A DNA stretch of 60,562 bases, filler included, from Fonticula-like sp. SCN 57-25 (GCA_001724245.1; 4 parts of 4 records of this genome joined end to end with filler, not necessarily neighbours in it), one strand, 5' to 3'. Positions 24,614 through 38,129 are shown, numbered from the whole stretch's first letter. Made by a program: numbers and translations. The notes: generated by a model not told the origin, from the sequence alone.

Positions 24614-24839
24614 GCTTGCGACGTACGGGCGGGCCGCGGATCGACGCCGGACAGAGCCAGAGCAGAGCAGCAGCAGAGGTCGCCAGATTGCAGTTTGCAG
24701 GTAATACATTCTTTAGTTGGAGCCGACTTTCACGTGGGCCTGGTTTTGCACTTCCTTCTGCCTGCGGGGCTGTCTGGGGCTCGCCTGCGCGCCCTTTTGG
24801 TCTGTTGCCCACTTCTCGGCAGCACCCGCCTCCCTCACG

Positions 24840-27800
24840 ATGGATGACCTGCAATCGCGCCTCGCCCATTGGCAGGAACATCTGGCCGGCGCGCCGACCG
24901 TCCAGCTCCCGACGGACTATCCGCGACCGGTGATCCACCAGCTTGTTGAAGTGGAGGAGAGCCTTCGCCTCGCGAAAGGGACGAGCAAGTCGCTCCTCCA
25001 GGCGTCGCTCACATATGAGCTGTCGCCCTTTTCGTTCATCATGGCGGCCATGGCCATTCTGCTGCACAAGTACACGCGCGAGGTACGCTCGCGCTCGTTT
25101 TACACCGACCGTTGATACTCTTTCCTCACACTGTGTTTGACCCGCAATCGCAGGAGGATGTCGTGATCGGCTCTTCTTCAAGCACGACTCGCTCGACCCT
25201 TGTTCTGCGCCTTCCCGTGGCCCCCTCGGACACCTTTGAGCAGGTTCTCCAGCGCACCGTCCAGGAGGATCAGCACGCTCAGGATCACGAGGTCCCCTTC
25301 CAGGAGCTCTACTCGCGCCTCCGCCCCGCCACGGACGACGGCGTTGTCGCGCCGCTCTTCCAGGTGCGCATGTTCAACGTCGTGGACGTTGACTCGCACA
25401 CGCTGGAGGCAACAAGCTGCGACTGGACGATCTACGTCGAGCAGCTGTCCGACTCGCGCGCGCTGCTGCCCCTGCGCGTCCGCGTCGTCTTCAACACGAT
25501 TCTCTTTGCGCGCGAGCGCATCATTGAGATGCTCCGCCAGCTCGAGCTTGTCCTCGTGCAGGGAACTGCCAACCCAACCATGCCGATCTCGCAGATCCAG
25601 CTCGTCACGGAGGGGTCGCGCTTCCTCCTCCCGAACCCGTCCGAGGCGCTCGACGGGACGTTTTTCGGGTCAATCCAGTCCATCTTTTCAAAGCACGCCG
25701 AGGAGCGGCCGGATCGCGTGGCCATCGTCGACAACCGCAGGTGCGCAAGGGAATATTGCTTTTTTGGATTTTGGTGTTGTGTTTTGGAGTTTGGTTATTT
25801 TGGTGCTGTGTAAACACGCTGAACGTTGTTTTGATACCTTTTTTCATTGTATCTTTTCTTTTTTTTCCGCTTATTTTTGCTGCATTTTGGTTGCATTTTC
25901 TTACCTTTTTGCCTGTCAGGTCGTACTCGTACGCCGAGGTTGACGCGCGCAGCAACCAAGTCGCCAACTTCCTTATTGGCAAGGGCATTTCCCGCGGCGA
26001 TGTCGTCGCCATTTTCGCGCACCGCTCGACCCCCATTGTGTATGCCATTCTCGGCATTCTCAAGGCCGGCGCCGCCTTCACCGTGATCGACCCCGCGTAC
26101 CCCCCCGAGCGCCAGATCGTCTACCTCCGCGTGGCGCAGCCCAAGGCGCTCATCACGATCAAAAAGGCCGGCGCCCTTGTCGCTGACGTCATCAAGTACA
26201 TTGATGAGAGCCTGACGCTGTGCGGCTTCCTTTCGGACCTTACCGAGGACGAGACTGCGCTGCTTGACGGCGTGTCGGCGGAAAACCCCGACATTGAAGT
26301 CGGCCCCGACGACATTGGCACGCTGTCGTTCACGTCGGGCTCGACGGGCATCCCCAAGGGCGTCCGCGGCCGCCACATTTCGTACACGCACTTTTACCCG
26401 TGGATGATGAAGGAGTTTGACCTGAGCGAGGCCGACCGCTTTTCGCTGCTGTCGGGCATCGCGCACGACCCGATTCAGCGCGATATTTTCACGCCGTTTT
26501 TCATGGGCGCGTCGATCCACATTCCCGATTATGAGGACATTCACAGCCCGGGGCGGCTGTCAGAGTGGATGGCGCAGCAGGGGATTACGGTCACGCATTT
26601 GACACCGGCTATGGGTCAGCTGCTCGCGGCCAATGCCATGGCAAAGATGCCGGGGCTCAAGATGGCGCTGCTCGTGGGTGATATTCTCACTAAGCGTGAC
26701 GTCATGAGGCTGCAGGCACTCGCGCCCAACATCAAGATCGTCAACATGTACGGCACAACAGAGACGCAGCGTGCAGTCAGGTACGAAAATGGGAGACTTG
26801 GTTTTTGGGGTGTGTAGGGAAGGAGCGTTTTTAATATTTTATGTGGTTTATGAGGTTTTTATGGCAAACTTGTGTCAATTTTTGAGTCATTTTACCATTT
26901 ACAAAGAGCGCCTTTACTGACTTTACCTCTACTTTAGCTACCTCACTGTGCTGAATGACAGCCGCATGAGCTCGCGCAAGGAAATTCTCCCCGCCGGCCG
27001 CGGCATGAAGGACGTTCAGCTCCTCATCCTCACGCCCGACATGAAGCTGTGCGGCGTCGGCGAGATGGGCGAAATCTTTTCTCGCTCGCCCCACATGGCC
27101 GCGGGCTACCTCGGCCTCGAGGAGGCGACGGCCGCCAAGTTTATCGTCAACCCGTTCAACCCGACGGACCCGACGGACCGCATGTACCGCACAGGTGACA
27201 TTGGCCGCTACATGCCCGACGGTATCGGTACGTGTTTTATTGATGAGTGTTGATGAGTGTAGTTTTATTGATGCTGAAGTTGATTGACACTTGTTGTTGC
27301 TGTTGCTGTTATTTTTCATCTTTTTCTTTCTATTTTTCCTTCGATCTAACTCCCTTGTAGTTGAGTGCGCCGGCCGCGCCGATGACCAAGTCAAGATCCG
27401 CGGCTTCCGCATCGAGCTCGGCGAGATTGACACTCACCTCTCGCAGCACCCCGACGTCCGCGAAAACGTCACCGTCGTCCGCCGCGACATTGACGAAGAG
27501 CACGTGCTCGTCTCGTACTTTGTCCCGACCAACGACGACTTTGACGTTGCCAAGATCCGCACGCACCTTCGCGAGAAGCTGCCCGGCTACGCCGTCCCGA
27601 CGCTGTTTGTCCCTCTTAAGATCATGCCGCTGACCCCCAACGGCAAGATTGACCGCACCAAGCTGCCCTTCCCCGACACCGCCAAGGTGCAGAAGCCGCG
27701 CGGCCGCGCCGCCTCGGTCGACAAGGGCCAGCCGCAGACGCTCGAGGCGCGCCTCATTCAGATCTGGTCGGCGCTGCTGCGCACCGACAGCCTCGACGTG

Positions 27801-29309
27801 AACGACAACTTTTTCGACGTCGGCGGCCACTCGATCATTGCCACGCGCCTCGTGTTCCAGATGCGCCAGGAGCTGCGCCTCGACCTCCCGCTCATGATGC
27901 TGTTCGACTACCCGACCGTCGCGCTCATGGCCGAAGCGATCCGCGTCATGGAAGGCGACGTCGGGTACGAGCGCAAGGGCGATGCCGACGCGCCGGCAGC
28001 GAATTCCGTCGCCGACGTTGAGGCGGCGCGCAAGCCGGCGGTCAATCTCGCCGCCGAAGTCGTCTTGCCCGACGACATTACCGGCGAAGGCCGCACGTTC
28101 ACGTTCGTCGCCGAGCCGAGCGACATTCTGCTGACGGGCGCGACGGGCTTTCTCGGCGCGTTCCTGCTGCGCAGCCTGCTCGACCGCCACCCCAAGGCGC
28201 GCGTGCACTGCCTCGTGCGCGGCGACAGCGAGGCGGCGGCGCGCGAGCGCGTCGTTCGCAACCTCGACAACCACCACTTGCTGGACGCCAGCGACGAGGC
28301 GGGGACGGCGGCGCTGCTGGCGCGCGTCGTGATCGTGCAGGGCGACCTCGGCCTCGAGCGCCTTGGCATGTCTGAGTCGGCATTCGAGTCGCTCGGTCGC
28401 ACCGTGCAGTGCATCATCCACAATGGCGCGCTGGTGCACTGGGTGTACCCGTACGAAAAGCTCAAGGCGGCGAATGTTGGCTCGACTGTTGAGCTGCTTC
28501 GTCTTGCGACGGTCGGCGAGCTCAAGCCGCTTCACTTTGTGTCATCGACGTCGGTGTTTGACAGCGACTTTTACATCAACCTTAACGAAAAGGTCCGCGA
28601 GGACGACGACCTCACCGGCGGCATCGGCCTCACGGTCGGGTACGGCCAGAGCAAGTGGGTCGCCGAGCGGCTCGTGCTCGAGGCGCGCCGCCGCGGCGTG
28701 CCGGTCACCATCACGCGCCCCGGCTACGTGGTCGGCAGCACCGCCACGGGCGTCACCAACAGTGACGACTTTGTGTGGCGCCTGGCAAAGGGCTGCATCC
28801 AGCTCGGCAGCGTCCCGCTCATGTACAACACGGTCAACATGTGCTCGGTCGATTATGTGGCGGACGCCATCGTGCACTTTGCCGCGAAAAAGGAGTCGAT
28901 CGGAAATGCGTTCCACATGACCAATCCGGATCGGTTCCGCTTTGTCGACTTTTTCAACCTCCTTTCCGACTATGGCTACAAGGTGCACTTTATCGAGTAC
29001 ATGCGCTGGCGCCAGGACCTCATGGAGTTTACCATGGCGTCCAATGACAGCGCGCTGTACCCGCTCATGCACTTTGTGCTCGACGACCTGCCGACGCGCA
29101 CAAAGGCGCCAGAGCTCGACGCGGCCAATGCCGTTGCCGCGCTCGCTGATACCGAGATCAAGTGCAGGCCGATGGAGGAGGTCATGGGGACGTACTTTAG
29201 CTACCTTATTGCGAGCGGGTTTTTGCCGCCGCCGGCGGGTCAGGGGGCAAAGAGGGAGCTGCCCAAGCTCAATGTCAGCGCAAAGATGCTCAGCCGCACG
29301 GACCGCTGA
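24840..29309 (+). CDS. LYS2: L-2-aminoadipate reductase (A-T-R NRPS-like enzyme)
   Basis: LPTDYPRP, TLSFTSGSTGIPKGVRGRH, LSGIAHDPIQRDIFTP, NMYGTTETQRAV, carrier motif FFDVGGHS, reductase LLTGATGFLG, HNGALVHWVYPY and GYGQSKW. Includes three long AT-rich introns. Confidence 0.96.
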
Positions 29310-29576
29310 GGTGGAACATATAATATCTCTATATTAGTTTTTGTTTTGCAGTATATCTTTCTTGCTCTTTAACTCTAGTAGTTTCTCAATACATCCGATT
29401 TTGGCAACAAATTGAAAAAAGATTACCAGTATTATGAACCATATCCTTTTTTACGGCTGTTATCTCTTCCATCTTGGTCTCTTCATCGGTAGTCCAGGGC
29501 AGACTCAGACCCTGGCGCCAGGTACACATCACGTGACCTGACCTGTGGCGGGCGCTGTTGCGCGGCGACGTGGGCG

Positions 29577-30170
29577 ATGGCCGACCGCTTCTCCTCTTCC
29601 GCGGCGCGGCCGCTCGACATTGCGGCACCCTCAGCTCGTTCAGCCTACTCGATGATCGAGGAACACAATCACAGCGGTGGTGTGATGCATGTCGGCGCGC
29701 ATCCCGTTAGGTACGCCCTCTGCCTTGCAGATCGCGTGAATGTGTGTGTATGTGGATCCTAACGAATCTGTCGCCAGGATGCGCTCCGCCACGTCGACGC
29801 CGTCCACCGGTGTCCCTCTGAGCCGCTCGATGGCCGAGACGTCTGTCGATCTGCGCAACTCATCGATGTATCTCTCGCGCATTGGGATGACGTGGGACTT
29901 TCCCCCCCGCACCGTTCTTGTTGTGGCAAAGTACAAGGCATCCGAGGTATTCCCGATGCTTCTGGGCCTCACTGAGCGCCTCGCCGAGGAGCTTCACCTC
30001 ACAGTGCTGCTCGAGTCGTACCACTGGGAGTCGGACATTGTGCATCATCCGCAGTGGGCGGCCGTGGCCGAGTCGCCCAACGTGCACGTGTTTGATCCAA
30101 AGGATGAGGCGCGCGCGCGCGAGATCGACTTCGTGGTGACGCTCGGCGGCGACGGCACTGTGCTCTACGC
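29577..30170 (+). CDS. NADK: NAD(+) kinase, 5' part, truncated at the contig end
   Basis: PPRTVLVVAK...IDFVVTLGGDGTVLY (GGDGT motif); probable intron 29711-29777. Confidence 0.85.
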
Positions 30171-30270
30171 NNNNNNNNNNNNNNNNNNNNNNNNNNNNNN
30201 NNNNNNNNNNNNNNTTAATTAATTAANNNNNNNNNNNNNNNNNNNNNNNNNNNNNNNNNNNNNNNNNNNN
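30171..30270. other. Artificial contig-joining spacer
   Basis: N44-TTAATTAATTAA-N44. Confidence 0.97.
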
Positions 30271-30624
30271 CCAACTTTCGTCGCATGATCTCTTTCGTAG
30301 TGTGTGTCGATTGTGAGCTCTTTGTAAAGGTCATTGACCTTGGGATTAATAACAATTACCAACCCTAAGTATCAGGATGATCGCATCTGGGAAACCCTAA
30401 AAACCCTTACTTGAGGGGCATTCTCTTGGATTGTTCGATCACTGTTTTACTTGAGGGGCAGTAACTATTGAATGGGTCGTCAGCTTCAGATAGAATATTC
30501 GGCGGGACTGTTTTGGATCGAAATCAATGATGGTGTGGAAGGTGTAATGTTCATGCTGATATGTCAGGCTACTATTGATACAATTTTGACAACGATAATG
30601 CAACACATAAGGGGTGGTAATGAA

Positions 30625-32846
30625 TCAACGTGGTTTCGGCTTTTGTCGATTCTGTGACTGTGGATCCTGAGGCGAACGATTGTTCCGTCTTGCACCTTTT
30701 GATGGTGGATGTCTGGCCGGCGAACGAGGCTGCATTACAATGACAACCCAGTATTAGACGACAGCATAATAATGCATGATAGGCGTACCCCTGCGGATAT
30801 TTTCCATCGCTCAAAGCAGCGGCGCTGAATATCTGCTTGATCGACAGACGCCAGGTATCTACGAACAATAAGTATACTTAAATTCGATATCATTACGTAC
30901 GCGTCTTGTAAATACTTGTAAATGTCGTTCAACGCTTCCAGCTGTTGATTGAAAATTCTATCAAGCCAATGATTGTTAGACGAATTACACTGACCATTGG
31001 CGCACTTTTTATTCTCCTTCGTGATGAATGAAACGAAGTCGGTGTCCGTGGTCATGATTGAAACGGGGATCAAGAACGGTATTGTCAACGTTGATGATTG
31101 CGGATCTACGAAAGCCATAATCAGCGCTATATAACAGTGCCGGTTTGTTGCGTACCGTCTTTCATTTTGTTGATGGTATCGTTAACGGCAAAAAGATAAC
31201 TAATAATTGGTGACATCTGCCGCTTTCGGCCAACCGCAATGATATACCTACAAAGCCTGATGAGCGATTCACAAATCAAGACGTCTGCGCACCGTTCGGA
31301 ATTTGCTGGGCGGCTTGTCAAAGGCTTGACAACGGTCACTTTGTTGAACTCCTGGTAGATGATGTAAAGAAGCCCAACGGTAAACGGCGTAAATGTATCA
31401 AATATTTTACAGACAAAAGTACCACCTAATCACATTCGATCATTACAGTCAGCGTGTATTCAACATAATATCGTGTCGTACCTTGACGAGCGGTGGCAAG
31501 GCCCATGAGAAACTGGCACAAAACAAGCTGCTTTAGGTGCTCTTCTTGAAAATTTTCATCGCCCGTAACGTTGATTCCCTGCCACATGTGAGCACAATGC
31601 AACGCATGTCAATTTCGAACAACGCACCCCATCGGACAATGCCAGGTCAACTCCTCGTTTGTCCGGCGTGCCATCTCGAACAATATTCATATATGCTCGA
31701 ATGTTTTCCGATACATATATATTTCCTAATAATGCTCCTTTAATGACTATTAACAAGAAAGAGTCAAAACGCACCTGTGTTGTCGACGCCGTAGTGAACA
31801 GAAAAATCATTACGAACGTCAATGTCTGGGTGAAACTTGGCAAGGGTCCAGTCGTGCTCATCCTACACAGCAAGTTGAACAATATATTCAAAATGAAGAA
31901 GCAAACGCACTCTTAACGTGAAGCCCCATCCTCTCGCTTTTCCTTTCCCGCTGCGCCACAGAATGTACTCTGCCAAGCACCCGGTTAAACAATGCCGCAC
32001 ATCGCAACGTCGACGTACCAGAAAATCCCCCTGGCCCGGCGCAAACGTCCGAAAAATAAAGCTTGTCGGAATTCAATTTGTTCTAAACGTGCGCGTGAGA
32101 AAACAGGCGAGCCGATCTAAAAGACGCACATCCAAGAGATTGGCGAGCGCATCCAGGTTCGCCATTTTTACTGCCGCGCGGTTCATAAAGACGGATTTAC
32201 TGACTGCCTCAAATGGATTCGACCGATTGCGCGCAGCCATAAACTCGTTCGATGGAACGCCGTCAAAGCGCGACTACGTAGAGTCAGCGGCGGCCATCAG
32301 CGATTCTAGGGCGCACCTTGGCGGCGAACAGATCCTTGACGAGCTGGGGATCGAAAAACGTCGAGTAATCGGGTTCCGTTTTCTGCGACAAAAAAGATTA
32401 CTACCACTCTTTCAATAAACATTGCCAAATACCTCGGCAATCTCGACAGAGTCCGGCCAGTACTTGGCAGGTATGTCCGGACCGCTGGACACGAACTCGA
32501 ACGATTCTTCGACACTAATCGTCCGCTTGACATCAACATCCGTGTGCATGCGCTTCTCGTATACCTGGGGCATTGCTAAAATACGGATCACGTTAGCATT
32601 TTATGAATTCGAGCGGGGGCGCGCACGCTCGGCGCCGAGACCGAGCCTTGCGACTCGCTGCTCGACCATCAACGGATCAACTGACCCGCTCCCATCGCGA
32701 CCGAGCCCTTTGCCGGGTTTGTAGCCAAGCTTGGCCATCATTTTCCACCCCGCATCAGAGTAGCTCGGCTGCTCTTCCTCCACCCCAGGAGGCTCGCTCA
32801 TCGAGGGACGCGCGCCGACCCCTGCGACCTCATCATTGCCCGCCAT
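30625..32846 (-). CDS. CMTR1: Cap1 mRNA 2'-O-methyltransferase with an N-terminal G-patch
   Basis: G-patch GWKMMAKLGYKPGKGLGRDGSG; ARNRSNPFEAVSKSVFMNRAAVKMANLD; YFSDVCAGPGGFS; QLEALNDIYKYLQD...QADIQRRCFERW. Many short introns; the 3' end is inferred from splicing. Confidence 0.9.
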
Positions 32847-32874
32847 TCCAGTCCAAAATGAAAACCACCTTTTA

Positions 32875-32890
32875 AAATCGCATGCGATTT
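32875..32890. promoter_or_regulatory. Perfect 16-bp palindrome AAATCGCATGCGATTT in the CMTR1/PMA1 bidirectional promoter
   Basis: ~29 nt upstream of the CMTR1 ATG. Confidence 0.6.
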
Positions 32891-33002
32891 ATCTATATGA
32901 TCGGACGTCATCTCATCTCGACACCGCCACCTCCTGCCTCCAAAAGTTGCCCCTTTCGGCACCTGCCCGGTCAGTCTCTTCTTTGCCTAGGCGTCGCCAG
33001 AG

Positions 33003-35913
33003 ATGTCGTCGCGACCTCTCGGCGGTATGCTTCTTTGGTTGAAACTACCATTTACTGTTGTGGTCTGACGTGATTCCTGCAGATGAAATGGAGATGCAGC
33101 CGGTAGGCGCAACTGGGCCCGCTGCGCCGTACGCCGTTGCTGAAACAATAATGGCCGCCGCTCACTCGCTGCTTTGTAGGGGACAGGAGGAACTCGTTTC
33201 CAGCATGCCTATCAGCGATGTGTTGCAGCGTCTTCGAACGAGCGAAGGAGGCCTTTCAGAGGATGAGGCGGCCAAGCGTCTTGCCGAGTACGGCCCGAAC
33301 GAATTGCCCGAGCGCAAGCGCAACCCGGTTCTTCTCTTTTTGAGCTACATGTGGAACCCATTATCGTGGGCGATGGAGATCGCGGCGATCGTGTCGATCG
33401 TTCTGCTTGATTATGCTGATTTTGGTCTCATCGTGGCGCTTCTGCTGCTCAACTCGACGATCGCCTTCATGGAGGAGAGGTCGGCCGGCGATGCCGTTGC
33501 CGCGCTAAAGGCGCAGCTGGCCCCGCAGTGCAAGGTTCTTCGAAATGGCGAGTTTAAAAACCTTCCGGCGGTTGGTCTTGTGCCCGGTGACGTAATCCGC
33601 ATCAAGAGCGGCGATGTTGTCCCTGCTGACGTCAAGCTGTTGAACGGCGAGGCGATCAAGATCGATCAGTCTGCCCTCACGGGCGAGTCGCTCCCAGTCA
33701 CCAAGGAGCCGGGCGATGAGGCTTACTCGGGCTCAATTTGCCGTCAGGGCGAGATTGAGGCGGTCGTGCACGCCACTGGCTCGAGCACCTTTTTCGGCAA
33801 GGCGGCCGCGCTCATCGCGAGTGTCAAGGAGCGCTCCAACCTTCAGCGAGTGCTGCTTCACGTCGGCAACGCCTGCCTCATCACTATCGTTGCATGGATT
33901 ATTGTGGAGCTCATTGTGCAGTTTGGGCATCGTGGGCCGAATGGTCCCTTGGTGCTGCCGCCGGTGGGCACGCAGGGCACCCCGCACAACCTGTTTGGCC
34001 CCAACATTTGCAAGGCCGGGCCGAACAACTGCCCGACGCTCCTCAACGTGCTTGTTCTCCTTGTTGGCGGCATCCCCATCGCCATGCCCACGGTGCTCTC
34101 GGTGACGATGGCGATCGGCGCTGCCCAGCTCTCCAAGCAGCATGCCATTGTCACGCGCCTGACTGCGGTCGAGGAGCTTGCCGGCATGGACGTTCTCTGC
34201 TCGGACAAGACCGGCACGCTTACCCTCAACAAGCTCTCCATGGACGTTGCGAGCATTTTCGCCATGGGCGACTTTACGACAGAAGACGTCATGTTTGATG
34301 CCTCGCTGTCTGCGCGAACAGATGACGACGACCCCATCGACGTGTGCATCGTGCAGTCGCTTCCAGAGTCGCTGGCTGGCGACCTGGTCAACTACCGCGC
34401 CATCCACTACATTCCGTTCGACCCCGTGAACAAGCGCACCATCTCAACGCTGCAGGACGCCGCGGGCAACATTTTCCGATGCGCCAAGGGCGCGCCGCAG
34501 GTCATGCTGGACATGGCGCACAACACAGAGGAGATCCGCGCGGCGGTCGAGGCGCAGATTGCCGCGTACGCGGACCGCGGGTACCGCTCGCTGGGCATCT
34601 GCCGCGCCAATGGCGACGTGCCGCTCGAGGAGGCCGACTGGGAGTTTGTCGGGATGGTCCCGCTGTATGACCCGCCGCGCGCCGACACGGCGCAAGTTGT
34701 GCAGGCGGCGCTTGACATGGGGATTGCCATCAAGATGATTACGGGTGACCAGCTGGCGATCGCGCGTGAGACTGCTCGGCAGCTCGGCATGTCCACCGAC
34801 ATCCACACGACGTCGTTCCTGGACCAGAACTCTGAGGTGACCGCCGAGGGCATCAACGTGAACGAGCTCGTGGAAAAGTCGGACGGCTTTGCGCAAGTGT
34901 TTCCGCAGCACAAGTTTGCCATCGTCAAGCGGCTGCAGCGTATGGGGCACGTGGTCGGCATGACGGGCGACGGCGTGAACGACGCGCCGGCGCTCAAGCA
35001 GAGCGATATCGGAATTGCCGTCAGCGGGGCGACGGACGCTGCGCGCGCTGCCGCCGACATTGTCCTCGTCACGCAGGGTCTCGGCGTGATCATTGACGCC
35101 ATCCGCGGCTCGCGCGAAATCTTTCAGCGCATGAAGAGCTACGCGACTTACGCTGTGGCGAGCACCGTCCGCATCACCTTTACCTTTGGCCTTCTGACCA
35201 CAATCTACAATTGGAACTTTCCGACGCTGCTCATCGTCATCATTGCCATTCTGAACGACGGGACGATCATGACCATCAGCAAGGACTATGCCAAGCCGTC
35301 GCCGCAGCCCGATGCGTGGCGCCTGCCTCACCTCTTTTTGCTCGCCATCTTTTACGGGCTCTACCTGACGGGCTCCACCATGGTGCTCGTGGCCATCGCG
35401 AGCACGCCGAGCAACGTTTTCACCGACAATCTGGGTCTCCTCCCGCTCGCCATTTATACGTACGAGGGCGCTGCTCGGCTGCGCGGGCTCGTCTACCTTC
35501 AAGTTTCCATCTCGGGCCAGGCGCTCATATTTATTACGCGGACAAGGAAGCTTTCATTTATTGAGCGGCCGCACCCGCTCCTCTTTGCGGCGTTTGTCTT
35601 GGCGCAGGCTGCTGCCACCATCATTAGCGTGTACGGGTTCCTGGGGTACCCCGCCTACTCTGTGAACTCGCCGCCCGGCGACTTTATTTGGGGGCACGAG
35701 AGCTTCCGTGGGTCGGGCTGGGGGTGGGCGGCCGTCGCGTGGGTGTGGTGCATCATGTGGTACATCCCGCTCGATCTTATCAAGGTTTATATTCACCGGA
35801 GGCTCAAGAAGGACACCAACCGCATCCTGCAGCATATTCACTTGCAGTCGCAGATGGAAATTGCAGCGGGTAAGCGGGGGTCGATTCAGCCGCAAGAGCT
35901 CCCTTTCCTCTAA
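33003..35913 (+). CDS. PMA1: P-type IIIA plasma-membrane H+-ATPase
   Basis: IDQSALTGESLPV, GGIPIAMPTVLSVTMAIG, CSDKTGTLT, KMITGD, GDGVNDAP, ILNDGTIMTISKD; short first exon with intron 33025-33081. Confidence 0.96.
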
Positions 35914-36095
35914 CATGTACATTCTGTATTTATTGCATTTCTGTTGTTTTACGATATCAGTTTAGACTCTCGACTATTATTATCAATGTACTGAGAATTT
36001 ACAAATTTACAATTTACAGAAAGAACAAAAATGACTACATTGCAGCGCCGCATCACCTGCGTCGCACAAAAACCAACGTAAATATTTACACCAAA

Positions 36096-38026
36096 TCAAG
36101 CAGACTCTAATGTCCACTCGCCGTTGTTGATCGTCAGGACACGACCGTGGTACTTTAGCAGAGCCGGGCGGTGAGTCACCGACACCAATGTGATCCCCGC
36201 GGCAATGCACAGCTCGTACATTCGCCCCGCCGTCGCGTCATCCAGCGCGCTCGTCGCCTCGTCCAGCACGGCAAACGTCGGCTGAAGGTACAGCAGCCGT
36301 GCAAACGCAAGCTGCTGCTGCTGACCGGGCGACAGCACAAGCAAGTTTTTGGGCGCGCGCATCACCGCAGCTTCGTCACCAACATCGAGTTCTTCCTCGT
36401 CCTCTGCCTCTTCTTCTGCGCGAAGCACATGCAGCAGCCCGACGCACTCCATCACATGCGTCGCCTTGTCATCTACCAATAATCGTCAGATAAAACCATT
36501 AAAAATAAAGATCAGCGTACAAGAATAGCTATCGGGCGATTCGCCGGGGAATGCGAGCGCTTCACGAAGCGTTGACGCGCCCGGTGTTCCTCCCTGTGGC
36601 ACAAAAACAGTGTCCAATTCGCCCTTTGGCAGCGTGACAGTGCCTTCGAGCGGCGCCCACAGCCCGCGCAGCACGCGCAGCAGCGACGACTTTCCCGACC
36701 CGGGCGGGCCGACAATGGCGAGGTGCTGACCGCGGTGCACATCAAAAGAAAGGCCGTTAAAGAGAGGATTGCCGCCGCCGGGCGCGCGAACTGAAAGACC
36801 CGTCGCGCGAATGACCATGTCGGAAGAGCGCCCGACATCGCCGCCGTCATGCTTGTCAAGCGCGAAAACCTCTGAAAATGACGTTAGAAAGCGAATTCAT
36901 ACACAAGCACAATACACAAACAATGATAGTCCACGTACCTTGAATACGAAAAGCGCATCCAGCGGCCGCCGCCCATCTGTCGCTCAGCGACACGACCTGA
37001 GACAGATTATAAATAAGATACATGTTGACAAACGAGCTCTTGGAGATGAGCGCTGCAATGTCGGCGGGCGGAAGGTCGTCGGCGGCGCCAAAGAAGAGCA
37101 GCGGGATGCCAACAACGACGTAGGAAAGCATCGACCCAAAGTACGAGTTTGTTTGGCTAAAGAGCAGCACGATGCCGCGAATCAGCGCGGACCGCATAAG
37201 AATCTCCAAAAGCCGTTCAAACAGCGAGTCTGCCCGAGCGAGCACCGCCGTCGGTGTCGGCGACGCGAACGCGATCTCCTCGGCGTTTGACCGTACCGAC
37301 GCGTGCCAGAAGCGAAGGTCGCCCTCGCGCCGCTCCTGCTCGACCGTCACGCGCACAAGCATACCGCCGAGCGCAGCATTCACCACGACAGCAATCAAAA
37401 AGGCGAAATATATTACAGCGAGGCCGTACACGCCCGAGATCTGCGCGCACTGCACAGAGTAGTACGCGATCAGGCCGGGCCACAGGATCAGCTTGTCAGC
37501 GAGCTCGGTCACTTCGACGCACAGCCGCTGGACATCAGACGTCAGGCGCTGATCAACAGTGTCTAACGAAAGCGAGCCGCTGGATATCCCATAGTAGCGG
37601 AGATCGGTAAAGTAGTGCTCGTGCAGGCTCCGCGTGAGGCCCTGGCGAAGTTGCACCAGCAGGCGCGCCTGAAGGTACTTTGCCAGCGCGCTCGCCTGCA
37701 AAAGAGCGTCAGAGAAGCAAACCACGCAGAATAACACGCACCACAGCAACGCCCAACACCTTGGCAAGGCTCAGCAGACAGACGCGCATAAAGTCTGAAA
37801 CATCGAGAGCGACGAGCACGCGGTACATGTCGCTCGGGATCAGCCCCACAAAGTACACGAGTACTTCGTAGATGCATGCAGCAGCAAGGCACAGCGCATA
37901 TGATGTCAACAGCTGGTGCCCTTTTACGTGCTTGCTGGTCAAGCGGAGAAGGCCCCACAGCACCGCCAGGAACTTTAAACCGAGCGCGTACCGCTGCGGC
38001 CTCCGCCGTCGTCCGCACCCCCCCAT
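36096..38026 (-). CDS. ABCD4: ABCD-family half transporter, most like lysosomal cobalamin exporter ABCD4
   Basis: [52 protein letters not shown], Walker [35 protein letters not shown]; 3 introns. Confidence 0.85.
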
Positions 38027-38129
38027 GTCCACGTAGACAAATCGTGTGTCATCAAATCGACGACTTGATGGGCATCAGATGGGAATCAAACCGTTACACC
38101 TGTTTGTAATTTGTTCTAGTTTTGTTCGG

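Noticed and set aside
27228..27360. C/D-box snoRNA in a LYS2 intron (TGATGA x2, CTGA)
   Set aside because: The boxes are too close and lie in low-complexity TGA/TGT repeats, with no terminal stem or evident guide.
27330..28535. Long antisense/overlapping ORFs (also 34444-35502, 41989-42906, 55352-56764, 57119-57922)
   Set aside because: These are shadow ORFs expected from high-GC3 coding sequence and have no recognisable motifs.
24840..29309. NRPS secondary-metabolite cluster
   Set aside because: The motifs are those of primary-metabolism Lys2, and the neighbours are unrelated housekeeping genes.
38088..38096. Myb/MSA-like TAACGG upstream of MadBub
   Set aside because: A single hexamer cannot be distinguished from chance.
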